A stretch of 61,848 nt of DNA, filler included. It is 6 parts of 6 records of this genome, joined end to end, with 100 filler letters (N's around TTAATTAATTAA, not from the genome) between each part and the next. Parts side by side here need not be neighbours in the genome. Positions count along the whole stretch, not along the records: positions 41,351 to 50,766 come from SRR2962707_2825; positions 50,867 to 61,848 come from SRR2962707_2826; 4 more parts are not named here. The stretch is one strand, 5' to 3'. A program made the translations under genes and the position numbers. A model generated the notes under the pieces. That model ran no database searches. It was not told the origin of the DNA and saw only the letters and a list, made by a program, of their open reading frames with translations. How positions within the stretch are numbered: the first letter of the stretch is position 1; each line of letters opens with the position of its first letter. Of this stretch, positions 48,771 through 59,262 are shown in pieces.

Positions 48771-49823
48771 ATGTCGAGCATTGCGATCAACGAGGCCCGG
48801 AAAGTCTATTCGGGCAATGTCACGGCCCTGCACGGGATCGACCTTGAAGTCGAGCCGGGCGAACTCATGGTTCTCGTCGGGCCTTCAGGCTGCGGAAAAT
48901 CGACGCTTCTGCGCATGATCGCCGGCCTTGAGACCATCACCAGCGGCACGATCGCCATTGACGGGCGCGTGGTCAACACGGTTGAACCCGCCGCTCGGGA
49001 TATCGCCATGGTGTTCCAGAACTACGCGCTTTATCCGCACATGTCCGTGCGCGGCAATCTCGAATACGGCCTGAAAAACCGCGGCGTCGGCAGGGACGAC
49101 CGTCAGGCTCTCGTGGCCGAGGCCGCCCGGGTTCTCGAACTCGAACCCTATCTAGATCGCCGCCCCGCAGCGCTTTCGGGCGGACAGCGCCAGCGCGTCG
49201 CCATGGGCCGGGCGATCGTCCGCAAGCCCCGCGCTTTCCTCTTTGACGAGCCCTTGTCCAATCTCGATGCCAAGCTGCGCGGACAGATGCGGGTCGAAAT
49301 CCGTCGGCTGCAAAAAACACTCGACACGACGGCGATCTACGTCACCCACGACCAGCTCGAAGCCATGACGCTGGCCGACCGGCTGGTCGTGATGGACGCG
49401 GGCAATATCGAGCAGGTGGGTACGCCCACCGAACTCTACGAGCGCCCCCGCACGACCTTTGTCGCCCGCTTCATCGGTTCGCCGGGCATGAATCTGCTGG
49501 AGTCGACGGCCCTTCTGGCACGTGGCGCCCAATTGCCCGACGTGGTGCCGCAATCAGGGTGCATCGTCGGGATACGCCCCGAAGACATCACCCTTGGCGA
49601 GGATTCCCGCGCGGCTCTGTCGCTCGAAGGCCGGATCGAAGCCGTTGAAATCCTGGGCAAGGAATCGCTGGTCTATGTTGCCGTGGCCGGGGTCGACGAA
49701 CTGGTGACGGTGAGGGCGGTCGGGGGCAGATGGCAGCCCGCCGCAAACGTCACGCTCGGCCTGCCCTTCGAACATCTCCATCTGTTCCACGCACAGACCG
49801 GCCAGCGGCTCGCCCTGTCCTGA
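48771..49823 (+). CDS. ugpC: UgpC-like ABC ATPase
   Basis: [45 protein letters not shown]. Confidence 0.88.
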   Translation: MSSIAINEARKVYSGNVTALHGIDLEVEPGELMVLVGPSGCGKSTLLRMIAGLETITSGTIAIDGRVVNTVEPAARDIAMVFQNYALYPHMSVRGNLEYGLKNRGVGRDDRQALVAEAARVLELEPYLDRRPAALSGGQRQRVAMGRAIVRKPRAFLFDEPLSNLDAKLRGQMRVEIRRLQKTLDTTAIYVTHDQLEAMTLADRLVVMDAGNIEQVGTPTELYERPRTTFVARFIGSPGMNLLESTALLARGAQLPDVVPQSGCIVGIRPEDITLGEDSRAALSLEGRIEAVEILGKESLVYVAVAGVDELVTVRAVGGRWQPAANVTLGLPFEHLHLFHAQTGQRLALS

Positions 49824-49926
49824 ACGGCTATTGGCTCGCCCGGCCCGATGTTTGGGGGTTTGGAGGATTTTCGCGATTCAAAGAAAGGCGGAAATACTCT
49901 AGGCTCGACCCGAACAGGAGTGCCCA

Positions 49927-50736
49927 ATGCAGTTTCTAAAGGTCGATGATGCCGTCCTTCATTATCAGGTGATCGGCGGGCCCGAAAACGGGCCGGTGCT
50001 GGTGTTCGCCAATGCGCTCGGCACCGATTTCCGCATCTGGCGCGACGTCATCGTGCGCCTCGTCGGCAAGTTCACGATCCTCACCTATGACAAGCGCGGT
50101 CACGGGCTGTCCGAGACCGGCGAGGGGCCCGTCACCATCGCGCGCCACGCCGAAGACCTTGCCGCCATCATGGATCATGTCGGGCTGGGGTCGGCAATCA
50201 TATGCGGACTGTCGGTCGGTGGGCTGATCGCCCAGCAGCTCTATATCGACCGCCGCGATCTCGTGTCCGCCCTCATCCTTTGCGATACTGCGGCGAAGCT
50301 GGGCAATGCGGAAAGCTGGAACCAGCGCATCGCCACGGTCGAGGCAAACGGAATTGCGGGGTTGAGCGCCAGCGTGATGCCCAACTGGTTCACCGCCGCA
50401 TTCCGGGCCGGCCGCAGCGAAGAACTTGCCGGCTACCGCGCCATGCTCGAACGCCAGTCCCCCACCGGCTACATGGCGACCTGCGCCGCCATCCGCGATG
50501 CCGATTTGCGCGAAAGAGCCCGACAGATCGGCGTTCCGGCAATTTGCATCGTGGGCGATGAGGATGGCTCGACACCTGTCGAAACGGTGGCCGGACTGGC
50601 AAAGTCTATCCCGGGTTCGCGGTTCGAAATCATCTCAGGCGCCGGCCACCTTCCATGCGTGGAAACGCCCGAACGATTGGCCGATATCATCCTGGTCTTT
50701 ATCGGCGGGCTCGAAAATCGCGTCACGCTCAACTGA
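49927..50736 (+). CDS. pcaD: 3-oxoadipate enol-lactonase
   Basis: NALGTDFRIW, YDKRGHGLS, GLSVGG nucleophile motif, DGSTP, GHLPCVE. Confidence 0.88.
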   Translation: MQFLKVDDAVLHYQVIGGPENGPVLVFANALGTDFRIWRDVIVRLVGKFTILTYDKRGHGLSETGEGPVTIARHAEDLAAIMDHVGLGSAIICGLSVGGLIAQQLYIDRRDLVSALILCDTAAKLGNAESWNQRIATVEANGIAGLSASVMPNWFTAAFRAGRSEELAGYRAMLERQSPTGYMATCAAIRDADLRERARQIGVPAICIVGDEDGSTPVETVAGLAKSIPGSRFEIISGAGHLPCVETPERLADIILVFIGGLENRVTLN

Positions 50737-50766
50737 GCGCGGCCAGAAAAAGTTGCAGACTTTTTC

Positions 50767-50866
50767 NNNNNNNNNNNNNNNNNNNNNNNNNNNNNNNNNN
50801 NNNNNNNNNNTTAATTAATTAANNNNNNNNNNNNNNNNNNNNNNNNNNNNNNNNNNNNNNNNNNNN
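50767..50866. other. artificial contig spacer
   Basis: N-run/TTAATTAATTAA/N-run. Confidence 0.99.
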
Positions 50867-51389
50867 GCCGCTGGTGCTGCCGCCCACGGTGCTGGGCTTT
50901 TACCTGTTGCTGTTTCTTGGCCCGGACGGCCCCGGCGGCTGGCTGGGTTCCCTGCTGGAGCGGCCGGGGCTGGCGTTTTCCTTCGCCGGTCTGGTGATCG
51001 GCTCGGTGGTCTATTCACTGCCGTTCGTGCTGCAGCCGTTAAAGAACGCTTTTGCCGCCATCGACAAGGATGTCCTGGACATGGCCGCCGCCGCCGGCGC
51101 CGGCCCTCTCGACCGGTTCTTCTCCGTGGTGCTGCCATTGGCGCGCCCGGGCTATCTGTCCGCGGCGGTGCTCGGCTTCGCCCATACCCTGGGGGAGTTC
51201 GGTGTGGTGCTGATGATCGGCGGCAGCATCGCCGGCGAGACCCGGGTCGCCTCGGTGGCGCTGTATGAGCATGTGGAGGCGGGCGATTACGCCAGTGCCC
51301 AGCGCCTGGCGCTGGTGCTGGTGGTGCTGTCGCTGGTGCTGCTGTGGGCGGTGTTTCGCTGGCAAAAGAAAGCACGGGGGCCGCTATGA
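50867..51389 (+). CDS. modB: molybdate ABC permease, 5' truncated
   Basis: PLVLPPTVLGFYLL, SLPF, FAHTLGEFGVVLMIGG. Confidence 0.93.
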
Positions 51390-52432
51390 GTCTGTCCCTG
51401 GATATCGTCCTTCGTCGCGGCGCTTTTGAGCTTTCCGTGCAGGGAACGTTGCCGGAACGGGGCGTGACCATCCTGTTCGGTGAGTCCGGGGCTGGCAAAA
51501 GCAGTCTGCTGCGGGCGGTGGCGGGTCTTGAGCCTTGCCAGGGGCGCATTGAATTCGACGGTGAACGCTGGCAGGGCCGTGCCGGAATGCTGCCGGCCCA
51601 TCGCCGGCCGGTGGGCCTGATGCTGCAGAAACCGACGTTGTTTCCTCATCTGGATGTGACCGGCAATCTCCGCTATGCCGCGCGGCGGGCGCCGGGGTCG
51701 GCGCAACGGTGGGAAGAAGTGCTGGAGCTGCTGTCGTTGACGCCCTTGTTGTCGCGCCGGGTGCGGGGGCTTTCCGGTGGCGAGGCCAGCCGTGTGGCAT
51801 TGGGGCGGGCCTTGTTGAGCGCGCCGCGACTGCTGCTGCTGGACGAGCCGCTGGCGGCCCTGGATCAGGCCCGGCGCCAGGCGCTGATGGAGGTGATCGG
51901 CCGGGTGGCGAAGACCATTCCGGTGTTGTATGTCAGCCACCATCTGGATGAGGTACTGACATTGGGGGAGCATCTTTGGTGGTTGCGTGACGGCGCCCTG
52001 GCGGCGCAAGGCGAGGTCAATGATGTGCTGGCCGGCCCCGGCTCACCGCTGGCGGCGCATCGGGATGCGGCGGTGGTGCTGCGCACCCGCCATCTGCGTT
52101 ATGAGCAGGACCATCATTTGCTGGTGCTGGCTCTGGGCGCCTGTGAGGTGAGAGTACCGGCCTCCGGGCCCGGCGGTGACACACCGCGTCTGCGGGTAGC
52201 GGCACGGGACGTGAGCCTGACATTGTCGCCGGCCACGGATTCCAGCGTGCTGAATATCCTTCCGGCGGTCGTTGACGACGTCCGCTCCCTGCCCCAAGGG
52301 CAATGCCTGGTGCGGCTGCGGTGCGAACAGCAATGGCTGTTGGCGCGCCTGTCCAGCTATTCCCGGGACCGGCTGGGGCTGGCCCCGGGAATCCGGGTCC
52401 ATGCCCAGATCAAGGCCGCCGCGCTGGTGTAG
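51386..52432 (+). CDS. modC: molybdate ABC ATPase
   Basis: GESGAGKS, LFPHL, LSGGE, LLDEP, SSVLNILP, TOBE end AQIKA. Confidence 0.92.
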   Translation: MSLSLDIVLRRGAFELSVQGTLPERGVTILFGESGAGKSSLLRAVAGLEPCQGRIEFDGERWQGRAGMLPAHRRPVGLMLQKPTLFPHLDVTGNLRYAARRAPGSAQRWEEVLELLSLTPLLSRRVRGLSGGEASRVALGRALLSAPRLLLLDEPLAALDQARRQALMEVIGRVAKTIPVLYVSHHLDEVLTLGEHLWWLRDGALAAQGEVNDVLAGPGSPLAAHRDAAVVLRTRHLRYEQDHHLLVLALGACEVRVPASGPGGDTPRLRVAARDVSLTLSPATDSSVLNILPAVVDDVRSLPQGQCLVRLRCEQQWLLARLSSYSRDRLGLAPGIRVHAQIKAAALV

Positions 52433-53522
52433 CCAGCGGCGGCTCGGCCTCGCTATCGCAACCGGCCTGTCCGCGCCAGTCCGGCGCCAGCCCGAAGCGC
52501 AGCTCCCCGGTGGTGATGGTGCTGGTGCCGGAAAACAGGAACATGCCCACCGTCACTAACTGCAGGCAGAGAATCATACCCGGCTGCCACAGGGTGGTCA
52601 GACCGGCGCTCAACACCGGCACAACAGTGTCGCCGCCCGGTAGCAGCGCGCTGATCAGCAGGCCGTAGAGCGCCGCCAGGCTGGCCATGGTCTGGTAAAC
52701 CGTAAAGCGCTTGCCGCCACGGAAATCCGCCCGTAAAAACTCCGAGTACACCCGCCACAATTGTCCGCCGGTCAGTGTCAGAGCGAAGGCGATGGCATAG
52801 AGTCCGTGGAAGTACAAGGCCATGCCCGCCAATGCCAGCAGGGTGTAGAACACGCAGGTGAGGGCCTGGATCGGAATCACCCGCACCGCTTCCATGTTCC
52901 CGGCGAAGGCGATCTTCTTGGTGAAGCCGTGAAAGACATGGTGCAAGCCGGCGAAACAACGCCGGGCCCAGGCCGGCGCCTGCTCCAGTGATTTGCCGTA
53001 ACAGCAGCCGAAACTGATACAGGCGAGCCGGCCGACTCCCTCACCAAGCACATAAGCGATGGTCATGGCGGCCAGCAGCGGCATCACCGGCAACGGCTCT
53101 TGCCACCATTGCCGGGATAATTCATCGGCGCCCCACAGTAACAGCGGTGCCAGCAGGATGCCGACGAAACTGGCGCCGCCGACGGTAAAGCCGTGACGAT
53201 TCTTTTCCACCACCGTGGCGATCAACTTGGCCGCCGGCAGACACACGGCCAGAATGCCGGCGGTGAGTCCCAGGGCGATGCCCAGAGGGACACCGGAGGC
53301 GGCGGTAAGCAATACGAACGCGGCCACGCCGAAGCCGCCGGCCAGACCGGTGAACAGTCCGTAATAAGTGAGGTTGAGCGTGCGCCAGGTGCCGTCACGG
53401 TTTTTCGCCAACGGCAGGCAGGCAACGAATTGCCAGCGTTCCCGTGGCAGTACCCGGAACAGGATCCGGTAGCTCAGTGCGAACAGTACCGCCAGGGCGA
53501 GCACAAAGAGATCCGCGTCCAT
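52410..53522 (-). CDS. Lgt-like (prolipoprotein diacylglyceryl transferase superfamily) membrane protein
   Basis: Multi-TM; TYYG, GEGVGRLACISFGCCYG, EFLRAD. Confidence 0.72.
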   Translation of the reverse strand: MDADLFVLALAVLFALSYRILFRVLPRERWQFVACLPLAKNRDGTWRTLNLTYYGLFTGLAGGFGVAAFVLLTAASGVPLGIALGLTAGILAVCLPAAKLIATVVEKNRHGFTVGGASFVGILLAPLLLWGADELSRQWWQEPLPVMPLLAAMTIAYVLGEGVGRLACISFGCCYGKSLEQAPAWARRCFAGLHHVFHGFTKKIAFAGNMEAVRVIPIQALTCVFYTLLALAGMALYFHGLYAIAFALTLTGGQLWRVYSEFLRADFRGGKRFTVYQTMASLAALYGLLISALLPGGDTVVPVLSAGLTTLWQPGMILCLQLVTVGMFLFSGTSTITTGELRFGLAPDWRGQAGCDSEAEPPLATPARRP

Positions 53523-53616
53523 GATTGTCCCTCCGCTTGTCCGATTCTACGGCAGGCTACGAGGGGGCGGGGACGGATCAGTGACGGATTATTGACGGTT
53601 TGGTGAAGGAGGAGGC

Positions 53617-53841
53617 CTACAACTTGCGCAGATAATATTCCGCCGCGTGAACGATCAGATCGGTGACCGAGCGATCCTCGCGCAGGGCCTGCATCTTCAG
53701 GCGTTTGTGCAGATCCGCGGGAATGTCGGCGGTGAGGCGGCGGTGACCCGCCCGTACCGAGCCGGTACGGCGCATGCGCGGTGCCCGTTTCGGAGTGGTC
53801 GGGAGGTTCTGCTGCTGGTCGACGAAATCGATCTGTTCCAT
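53617..53841 (-). CDS. small ribbon-helix-helix protein (ParG/CopG-like)
   Basis: RRLTADIPADLHKRLKMQALREDRSVTDLIVHAAEYYL fits beta-alpha-alpha RHH; start uncertain. Confidence 0.7.
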   Translation of the reverse strand: MEQIDFVDQQQNLPTTPKRAPRMRRTGSVRAGHRRLTADIPADLHKRLKMQALREDRSVTDLIVHAAEYYLRKL

Positions 53842-54041
53842 GATGAGAAGCTGGCGGGGCTGAGATGCGCGAAGGATAATACATAGCGCCGCGGATGGAC
53901 AGGAATTTACTTTCAATCCATCATGCAAGTGTTTGAAAAGCATAGGGAATAAAACGGACTATTTGTCATTGCCTGGGGGCGCGGCACGGTCGCGCGGCTT
54001 TTGCGGCTGTCCGGGTTGGGAACGGAGCAGGGGGAAGCGCC

Positions 54042-55613
54042 ATGGAAACAGTGGCGACACTGATTATCGGCAGTGGTTTCGGCGGGTCGGTGATGGCCTG
54101 CCGGCTGGCGGAACGCGGGGAACGGGTGGTGGTGCTGGAGCGGGGGCGCCGCTGGCAATCACGGGACTACCCCAGTGTCAGTCAGGACAACTGGCTATGG
54201 GATGAGGACGAGCCCGAACATCAGAACGGCTGGCTCGACTTCCGCTACTTCGGTGACATGAGCATCGCCATGGGCGCGGGGGTGGGTGGCGGGTCGCTGA
54301 TCTACGCCAACGTCAGCCTGGATGCCCGGCCGGAGATGTTCGAACAGGGCTGGCCGGAAGCCATTCGTTATCCGCAATTGAGCCGCCATTACCACACCGT
54401 CGGTCAAATGATGGGGGTGCAATCGCTGCCGGACAATCAATGGACACCGCGCACCCGCCTGATGCACGAAGCGGCGGAAAAGCTTGGTCACGGTGGCCGT
54501 TTCAAAGTGGTGCCGCAAGCGATCCAGTTCGATCCGGAGTGGCATGCCGGCCTCGATGACGCCTACGACTATCGCCACAGCAAAACCTGGACCAACGCCC
54601 ACGGCCGGGAGCAAGGCACCTGCGTGCATTGCGGCAATTGCGATCTGGGATGCCCGGTGAACGCCAAGAACACCCTGGATCTGAACTATCTGGCGCGGGC
54701 CGAGCAGCATGGCGCCGATATCCGCCCATTACATCATGTGCGCTGGATTCGTGCGCTGGAGGATGGGCGCTACGAGGTGGGGGTACGCGATCTGTTGGCC
54801 GGGGCCTGGCGCCGCTACCGTGCTGGCCGGGTGATCGTCGCCGCCGGCAGTGTCGGTTCCACCGAGTTGCTGTTGCGCTGTCGCGATCAGTATCGCACCT
54901 TGCCGAAGCTGAGCCGGGCATTGGGACGTAACTGGAGTTGCAACGGTGACTTCTTCACTCCGGCGCTCTATTCCGATCGTGAGATCGCGCCGACCCGAGG
55001 CCCCACCATCACCAGTGCCATCGATTACCTGGATGGCAGCGACAATGGCGCCCGCTACCTGGTGGAAGACGGCGGCTTGCCGGATCTGCTCGGCAACCTG
55101 TTGGAGCACACCGCCCGGCACCCGCGGCTGGCCCGCACCCGCCTTGGCGCGGCGATGCTGGAATATGGCGAGGACAGTAATCCCTTCCTGCGTATGATGC
55201 CGTGGTTCGGCCAGGCGGTGGACGATCCCGGTGGCCGCTTCCGGCTGGGCCGGCGCTGGTACGCGCCCTGGAAAAAGGACCGGCTGCGGCTGAAATGGGA
55301 TTACCGCAAGGCGCAAAAAGCGGTGCAGGCGCTGGCCGACCGCCACCTGGCGTTGACTGAAGCCACCGGCGGCCGGGGCATGACGCCGGCCACCTGGAAG
55401 TGGTTCAAGAATCTGGTGACCCCCCATCCACTGGGAGGCTGCGGCATGGCCGACGACCCCAAGCAGGGGGTGGTGGACCACACCGGCGCGGTATTCCACT
55501 ATCCCGGTCTGTATGTGGTGGATGGCGCCATGGTGCCCCGTGCCCTGGGATTGAACCCGTCCAAGACCATCGCCGCCCTGGCCGAGTACGCCGCCACGCG
55601 GATGCCGGGTTAA
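54042..55613 (+). CDS. GMC oxidoreductase, cholesterol-oxidase-like
   Basis: IGSGFGG, LERG, GVGGGSLIYAN, CVHCGNCDLGC..NAKNTLDLNYL, HPLGGC, NPSKTI. Confidence 0.88.
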   Translation: METVATLIIGSGFGGSVMACRLAERGERVVVLERGRRWQSRDYPSVSQDNWLWDEDEPEHQNGWLDFRYFGDMSIAMGAGVGGGSLIYANVSLDARPEMFEQGWPEAIRYPQLSRHYHTVGQMMGVQSLPDNQWTPRTRLMHEAAEKLGHGGRFKVVPQAIQFDPEWHAGLDDAYDYRHSKTWTNAHGREQGTCVHCGNCDLGCPVNAKNTLDLNYLARAEQHGADIRPLHHVRWIRALEDGRYEVGVRDLLAGAWRRYRAGRVIVAAGSVGSTELLLRCRDQYRTLPKLSRALGRNWSCNGDFFTPALYSDREIAPTRGPTITSAIDYLDGSDNGARYLVEDGGLPDLLGNLLEHTARHPRLARTRLGAAMLEYGEDSNPFLRMMPWFGQAVDDPGGRFRLGRRWYAPWKKDRLRLKWDYRKAQKAVQALADRHLALTEATGGRGMTPATWKWFKNLVTPHPLGGCGMADDPKQGVVDHTGAVFHYPGLYVVDGAMVPRALGLNPSKTIAALAEYAATRMPG

Positions 55614-55650
55614 CGCGTCGCCGTGCCGTCGCTGATGACGCGGGCGCGGC

Positions 55651-56526
55651 TCAGATCGCGGCGGCCAGATGCTCCCGGAGTGCCTGCGCGGCTGGCGACG
55701 TTTGTCCCCGTGCCGAGCAGACCAGGCCGAACTCCCTCCGGATTCCAGGATCCAGGGGGAAATGCCGCAGTCCACGCAGGTTATCGGGCAGGCTGGATTC
55801 CGGCACCAGGGAAACGCCCATGCCTTCGCGGACCAACGCGCAGGCACTTGCCCAGTCCCGCACGGTGACGCGTACATCGTCCAATTCAAGACCGGCCTGG
55901 CGGACCAGGCTTTGCCCGTTCACCTTGCAGCCACCGGTGGCGAGAATAAACGGCTGCGCCGCCAGCTCCGCCAGCGTGATGCCCCGCGAGGTGGCGCGGC
56001 GGGCAAGTTCATGGGTGCCGGGAAGCAACGCGACCCAGGCATCACCGCCGAGCAGCAGCGCCTGACGCCCGCGGGCGGGATTTAACACGACCCCCAGGTC
56101 AATGGCGTCGTCCGCCAACCAGGCCTCCACTTCCTCATCGGTGCCTTCCAGGGAAACCACCTCGATGCCGGGGTGACGCAGCTGGAAATCACGCAGCATG
56201 GGTGGCAACAGCGTCGAGATGACCGAAGGAAAGCTGCCCAGGCGAAGGCGCCCGTGACGCAAGCCGTGGCTGTCATCGACCAGCGCGCGGATCGCGTCCA
56301 GATGGGCCAGCATGGCGCGGGCATGCTCCAGTATCGGTTCGCCCAGGGCGGTAACCCGTACCTGCTGCCGGGAGCGAGCGAAAAGCGCCAGACCGAGCGT
56401 CGATTCCAGCCGGGTGATGGCCTGGCTGGCGGCGGACTGGGTCATGCCCGCCTGTTCGGCGGCGCGGGTGATGTTGCCGCTGTCGGCGACCGCCACCATC
56501 AGGCGCCAATGGCTGAGGTTCATCAT
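55651..56526 (-). CDS. LysR-family regulator
   Basis: GNITRAAEQAGMTQSAASQAITRLE; divergent from GST. Confidence 0.9.
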   Translation of the reverse strand: MMNLSHWRLMVAVADSGNITRAAEQAGMTQSAASQAITRLESTLGLALFARSRQQVRVTALGEPILEHARAMLAHLDAIRALVDDSHGLRHGRLRLGSFPSVISTLLPPMLRDFQLRHPGIEVVSLEGTDEEVEAWLADDAIDLGVVLNPARGRQALLLGGDAWVALLPGTHELARRATSRGITLAELAAQPFILATGGCKVNGQSLVRQAGLELDDVRVTVRDWASACALVREGMGVSLVPESSLPDNLRGLRHFPLDPGIRREFGLVCSARGQTSPAAQALREHLAAAI

Positions 56527-56644
56527 TGTCAGTAGCCAGGCTAATGATTGGAAAATTAAATATTAATTTCTCAGCTTTATCGGAGGGACGCAAACTGCCG
56601 GCACTGTTTCCCGATGCTTATTTGCCGACGCTTTGGAGAGCCCG

Positions 56645-57250
56645 ATGAAACTCTATGACGCCCCGCGTACCTGTTCCTTGTCGCCGCACATCGTATTGCA
56701 CGAGCTGGCACTGCCATTTGAACGGATTCAGGTGGATAACCGTACCAAGAAAACCGCCGACGGCCGGGACTTCCTTACCATCAACCCCAAGGGATATGTT
56801 GCCGCCCTGGAACTGGACGATGGCCGGGTTCTGACCGAAGGCGCGGTGATCGTGCAGTACCTGGCGGATCTGCGACCCGAACGGGGGCTCGCCCCTCCGG
56901 CGGGCGGTTGGGAGCGGGTGCGGCTACAGGAATGGCTCAATTTCGTCACCTGTGAAATCCACGCTGGCCTGGCGCCGTTGTTCAACAGCGCCTTGCCGGA
57001 GGCGGCCAGAGAGCATTTCATCGAGCGGCTTCAGCGGCGCCTGGATTATCTGCAGCCGATTCTGGTGCAACGACCCTACCTGATGGAAAGCGGTTATAGC
57101 GTTGCCGATATTTATTTGTTCACGGTGTTGCGCTGGTGCCCACTTTTCGCCATCGACCTGAATCCCTGGCCGGCGTTGCAGCGGCATCAGGAACGGATTG
57201 GTGAACGCCCGGCGGTGCGGACGGCGCTGCGAGCGGAAGCCGCGTCATAG
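56645..57250 (+). CDS. gstA: glutathione S-transferase (beta class)
   Basis: CSLSPHIVL, INPKGYV, LTEGAVIVQYLAD, EIH, ADIYLF. Confidence 0.9.
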   Translation: MKLYDAPRTCSLSPHIVLHELALPFERIQVDNRTKKTADGRDFLTINPKGYVAALELDDGRVLTEGAVIVQYLADLRPERGLAPPAGGWERVRLQEWLNFVTCEIHAGLAPLFNSALPEAAREHFIERLQRRLDYLQPILVQRPYLMESGYSVADIYLFTVLRWCPLFAIDLNPWPALQRHQERIGERPAVRTALRAEAAS

Positions 57251-57393
57251 CCAATTCATGACCAACGCGGCTGGACCCGAGACTGACGAAGGTATTCGTT
57301 TTGCCGGGGGCAGACCTCGGCAAAAACGATTGGATGGCGTGCATCGGTGTCGGCACACTCCCGGGTTTCAGGTGACCGAACCAGGGGAAAGGA

Positions 57394-58230
57394 ATGAGCG
57401 ACGCATTGCAGTCCCAGGATTGGGCCAATGGACGGGGTGGTAAGTGGCAATCTCAGTTGAGTGCCATCGAGGCCATGCTCAAACCGGTGGATACGCCCTT
57501 GCTGGCGGCCATGGATCTAAGCCGTCCGGGCCGTATCGCCGACATCGGCTGCGGCGGGGGCGGCACCAGTCTGGCTATAGCGGCACGGGCGGCCGCTGGC
57601 AGCCAGGTATATGGTTTCGATATTGCCCTGGAACTGGTGGCCAGTGCCCGTGAGCGTGCGGTTGGCGCGGACGCTCCGGTGATCTTCGAGCAGTCCGACG
57701 TCACCGTCGCCGATCTTCCATCCCTCCGTTTCGATCAGTTGGTGTCCCGTTTCGGCATCATGTTCTTCGCCGAGCCAGCGGCGGCGTTCGCGCGCCTGGC
57801 GGACTGGTTGACGCCCGGCGGCAGCTTTACTTTCGCGGTCTGGGGACCGGCGGACGATAACCTGTGGATGGACGGGGCGCGCCGCGAGGTGGCCGCGGTG
57901 ATGGCTCTGCCGGAACCGGACTGGCGGGCGCCGGGACCGTTTCGTTACGGCGATCCCGATCCGCTGCTGGCACTGCTGGCGGACGCCGGCTTCAGCGGCT
58001 TGCACGTGGACGAGTGGCGAGGGCCGTTACCGGTGGGCGGCGGATTGGCGCCGGAACAGGCGGCGGATTTCGCGTTATCCAGCTTCGCCATTTCGGAGCG
58101 TCTGGCCGATGCGGACGAATCCCAGCGTCAGACCGCCCGGCAACGACTGACGGAGCGATTCCGCAACCATGTGAGCAACGGCGAAGTGTGGATGGACGCC
58201 CGGGTTCATCTGGTTAGCGGACGGCGTTGA
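57394..58230 (+). CDS. class I SAM-dependent methyltransferase
   Basis: DIGCGGG, SRFGIMFF, APGPF. Confidence 0.88.
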   Translation: MSDALQSQDWANGRGGKWQSQLSAIEAMLKPVDTPLLAAMDLSRPGRIADIGCGGGGTSLAIAARAAAGSQVYGFDIALELVASARERAVGADAPVIFEQSDVTVADLPSLRFDQLVSRFGIMFFAEPAAAFARLADWLTPGGSFTFAVWGPADDNLWMDGARREVAAVMALPEPDWRAPGPFRYGDPDPLLALLADAGFSGLHVDEWRGPLPVGGGLAPEQAADFALSSFAISERLADADESQRQTARQRLTERFRNHVSNGEVWMDARVHLVSGRR

Positions 58231-58299
58231 CGGTCCGGCGGGGTTCTCAGCAGGAGTCGATTCGGGCGATGATGCGGATCCGGCCGAGAGCCCGATTGG

Positions 58300-58329
58300 T
58301 CGGATAAAGAGCGATCGGATAAAAAGCGA
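58300..58329 (+). repeat. 15-bp tandem direct repeat abutting the LysR start
   Basis: TCGGATAAAGAGCGA / TCGGATAAAAAGCGA. Confidence 0.75.
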
Positions 58330-59208
58330 ATGGATCTGCAGCAACTGACCGTATTCGTGGCGGTGGCCCGGGAAGGCTCCATTACCCGGGCCTCCCGCCG
58401 CCTGTGTCTGAGTCAGCCGGCGATCAGCGCCCGCGTTCAGGCGCTGGAGCAATCCCTGTCACTGACTCTGTTCCGACGCACCGCCCGGGGCATGAGCCTC
58501 ACCGCCGACGGCGAAGCTTTGCTGGCCAAGGCGGAAGCGGTGCTGGCGGCCCGCCAGGATCTGCTGCGGCAGGCCGCCCGCCTGCGCGGCCGGCCGGCGG
58601 GCCGGTTGCGGCTGGGTGCCGGCCATAATATTCAGCCGGCACCGTTACAACGTTTGCTTTCCGAATTGGCACGGCACCATCCCGAGGTGGACTTGGTGCT
58701 GGAATACGGTGATTCGCGAGACCTCGCCAGAGCGCTTCATGAAGGCGGTCTGGACGCGGCTTTCTATCACTGCGGCGAGCTGGCGGATGAGGCCCTGAAC
58801 GCCTGGGAGTTGGCCCGCTTCAATATTCAGTTGGTGGCGCCGCCGGATTGGGTGGCACCGGGGCCGCTCGACTGGCGGCGCCTGGAGGCGTTGCCGTGGC
58901 TATGCCCCGGAGCCGATACCGGGTGCGGCCGGGCGGCGGAAGCGCTGTTCCGGCAGCACGGCATCCGGCCTCCGCGCATCATCCGGATCGACAAGGAAAG
59001 CATGACCCGGGATCTGGTCGCCGCCGGTGCCGGATTGGGACTGGTGCATGATGACGGCACCGAGGAGGTACCGCGTCAGGGCGGGGTGACGGTGCTCTGT
59101 GAAGCAGGACCGCCGGTGCGATTGGTATTCGCTCACCGCGCGGACCGGGCGGACGACCCCTTGCTGAACAGGGCCAGCGCTCTGGTGGGCGGCGTGCCAT
59201 TACACTAA
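58330..59208 (+). CDS. LysR-family regulator
   Basis: FVAVAREGSITRASRRLCLSQPAISARVQALE. Confidence 0.9.
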   Translation: MDLQQLTVFVAVAREGSITRASRRLCLSQPAISARVQALEQSLSLTLFRRTARGMSLTADGEALLAKAEAVLAARQDLLRQAARLRGRPAGRLRLGAGHNIQPAPLQRLLSELARHHPEVDLVLEYGDSRDLARALHEGGLDAAFYHCGELADEALNAWELARFNIQLVAPPDWVAPGPLDWRRLEALPWLCPGADTGCGRAAEALFRQHGIRPPRIIRIDKESMTRDLVAAGAGLGLVHDDGTEEVPRQGGVTVLCEAGPPVRLVFAHRADRADDPLLNRASALVGGVPLH

Positions 59209-59262
59209 TAGCGCTTCGGCGCCACTGCCCGCCAGGCGAGCGCGTCTGTATCATGACGCCCC

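Noticed and set aside
57280-57332. Hammerhead ribozyme suggested by CTGACGA followed by a hairpin
   Set aside because: No GAAA core after the stem and no flanking stems; more likely a simple terminator-like hairpin after gst.
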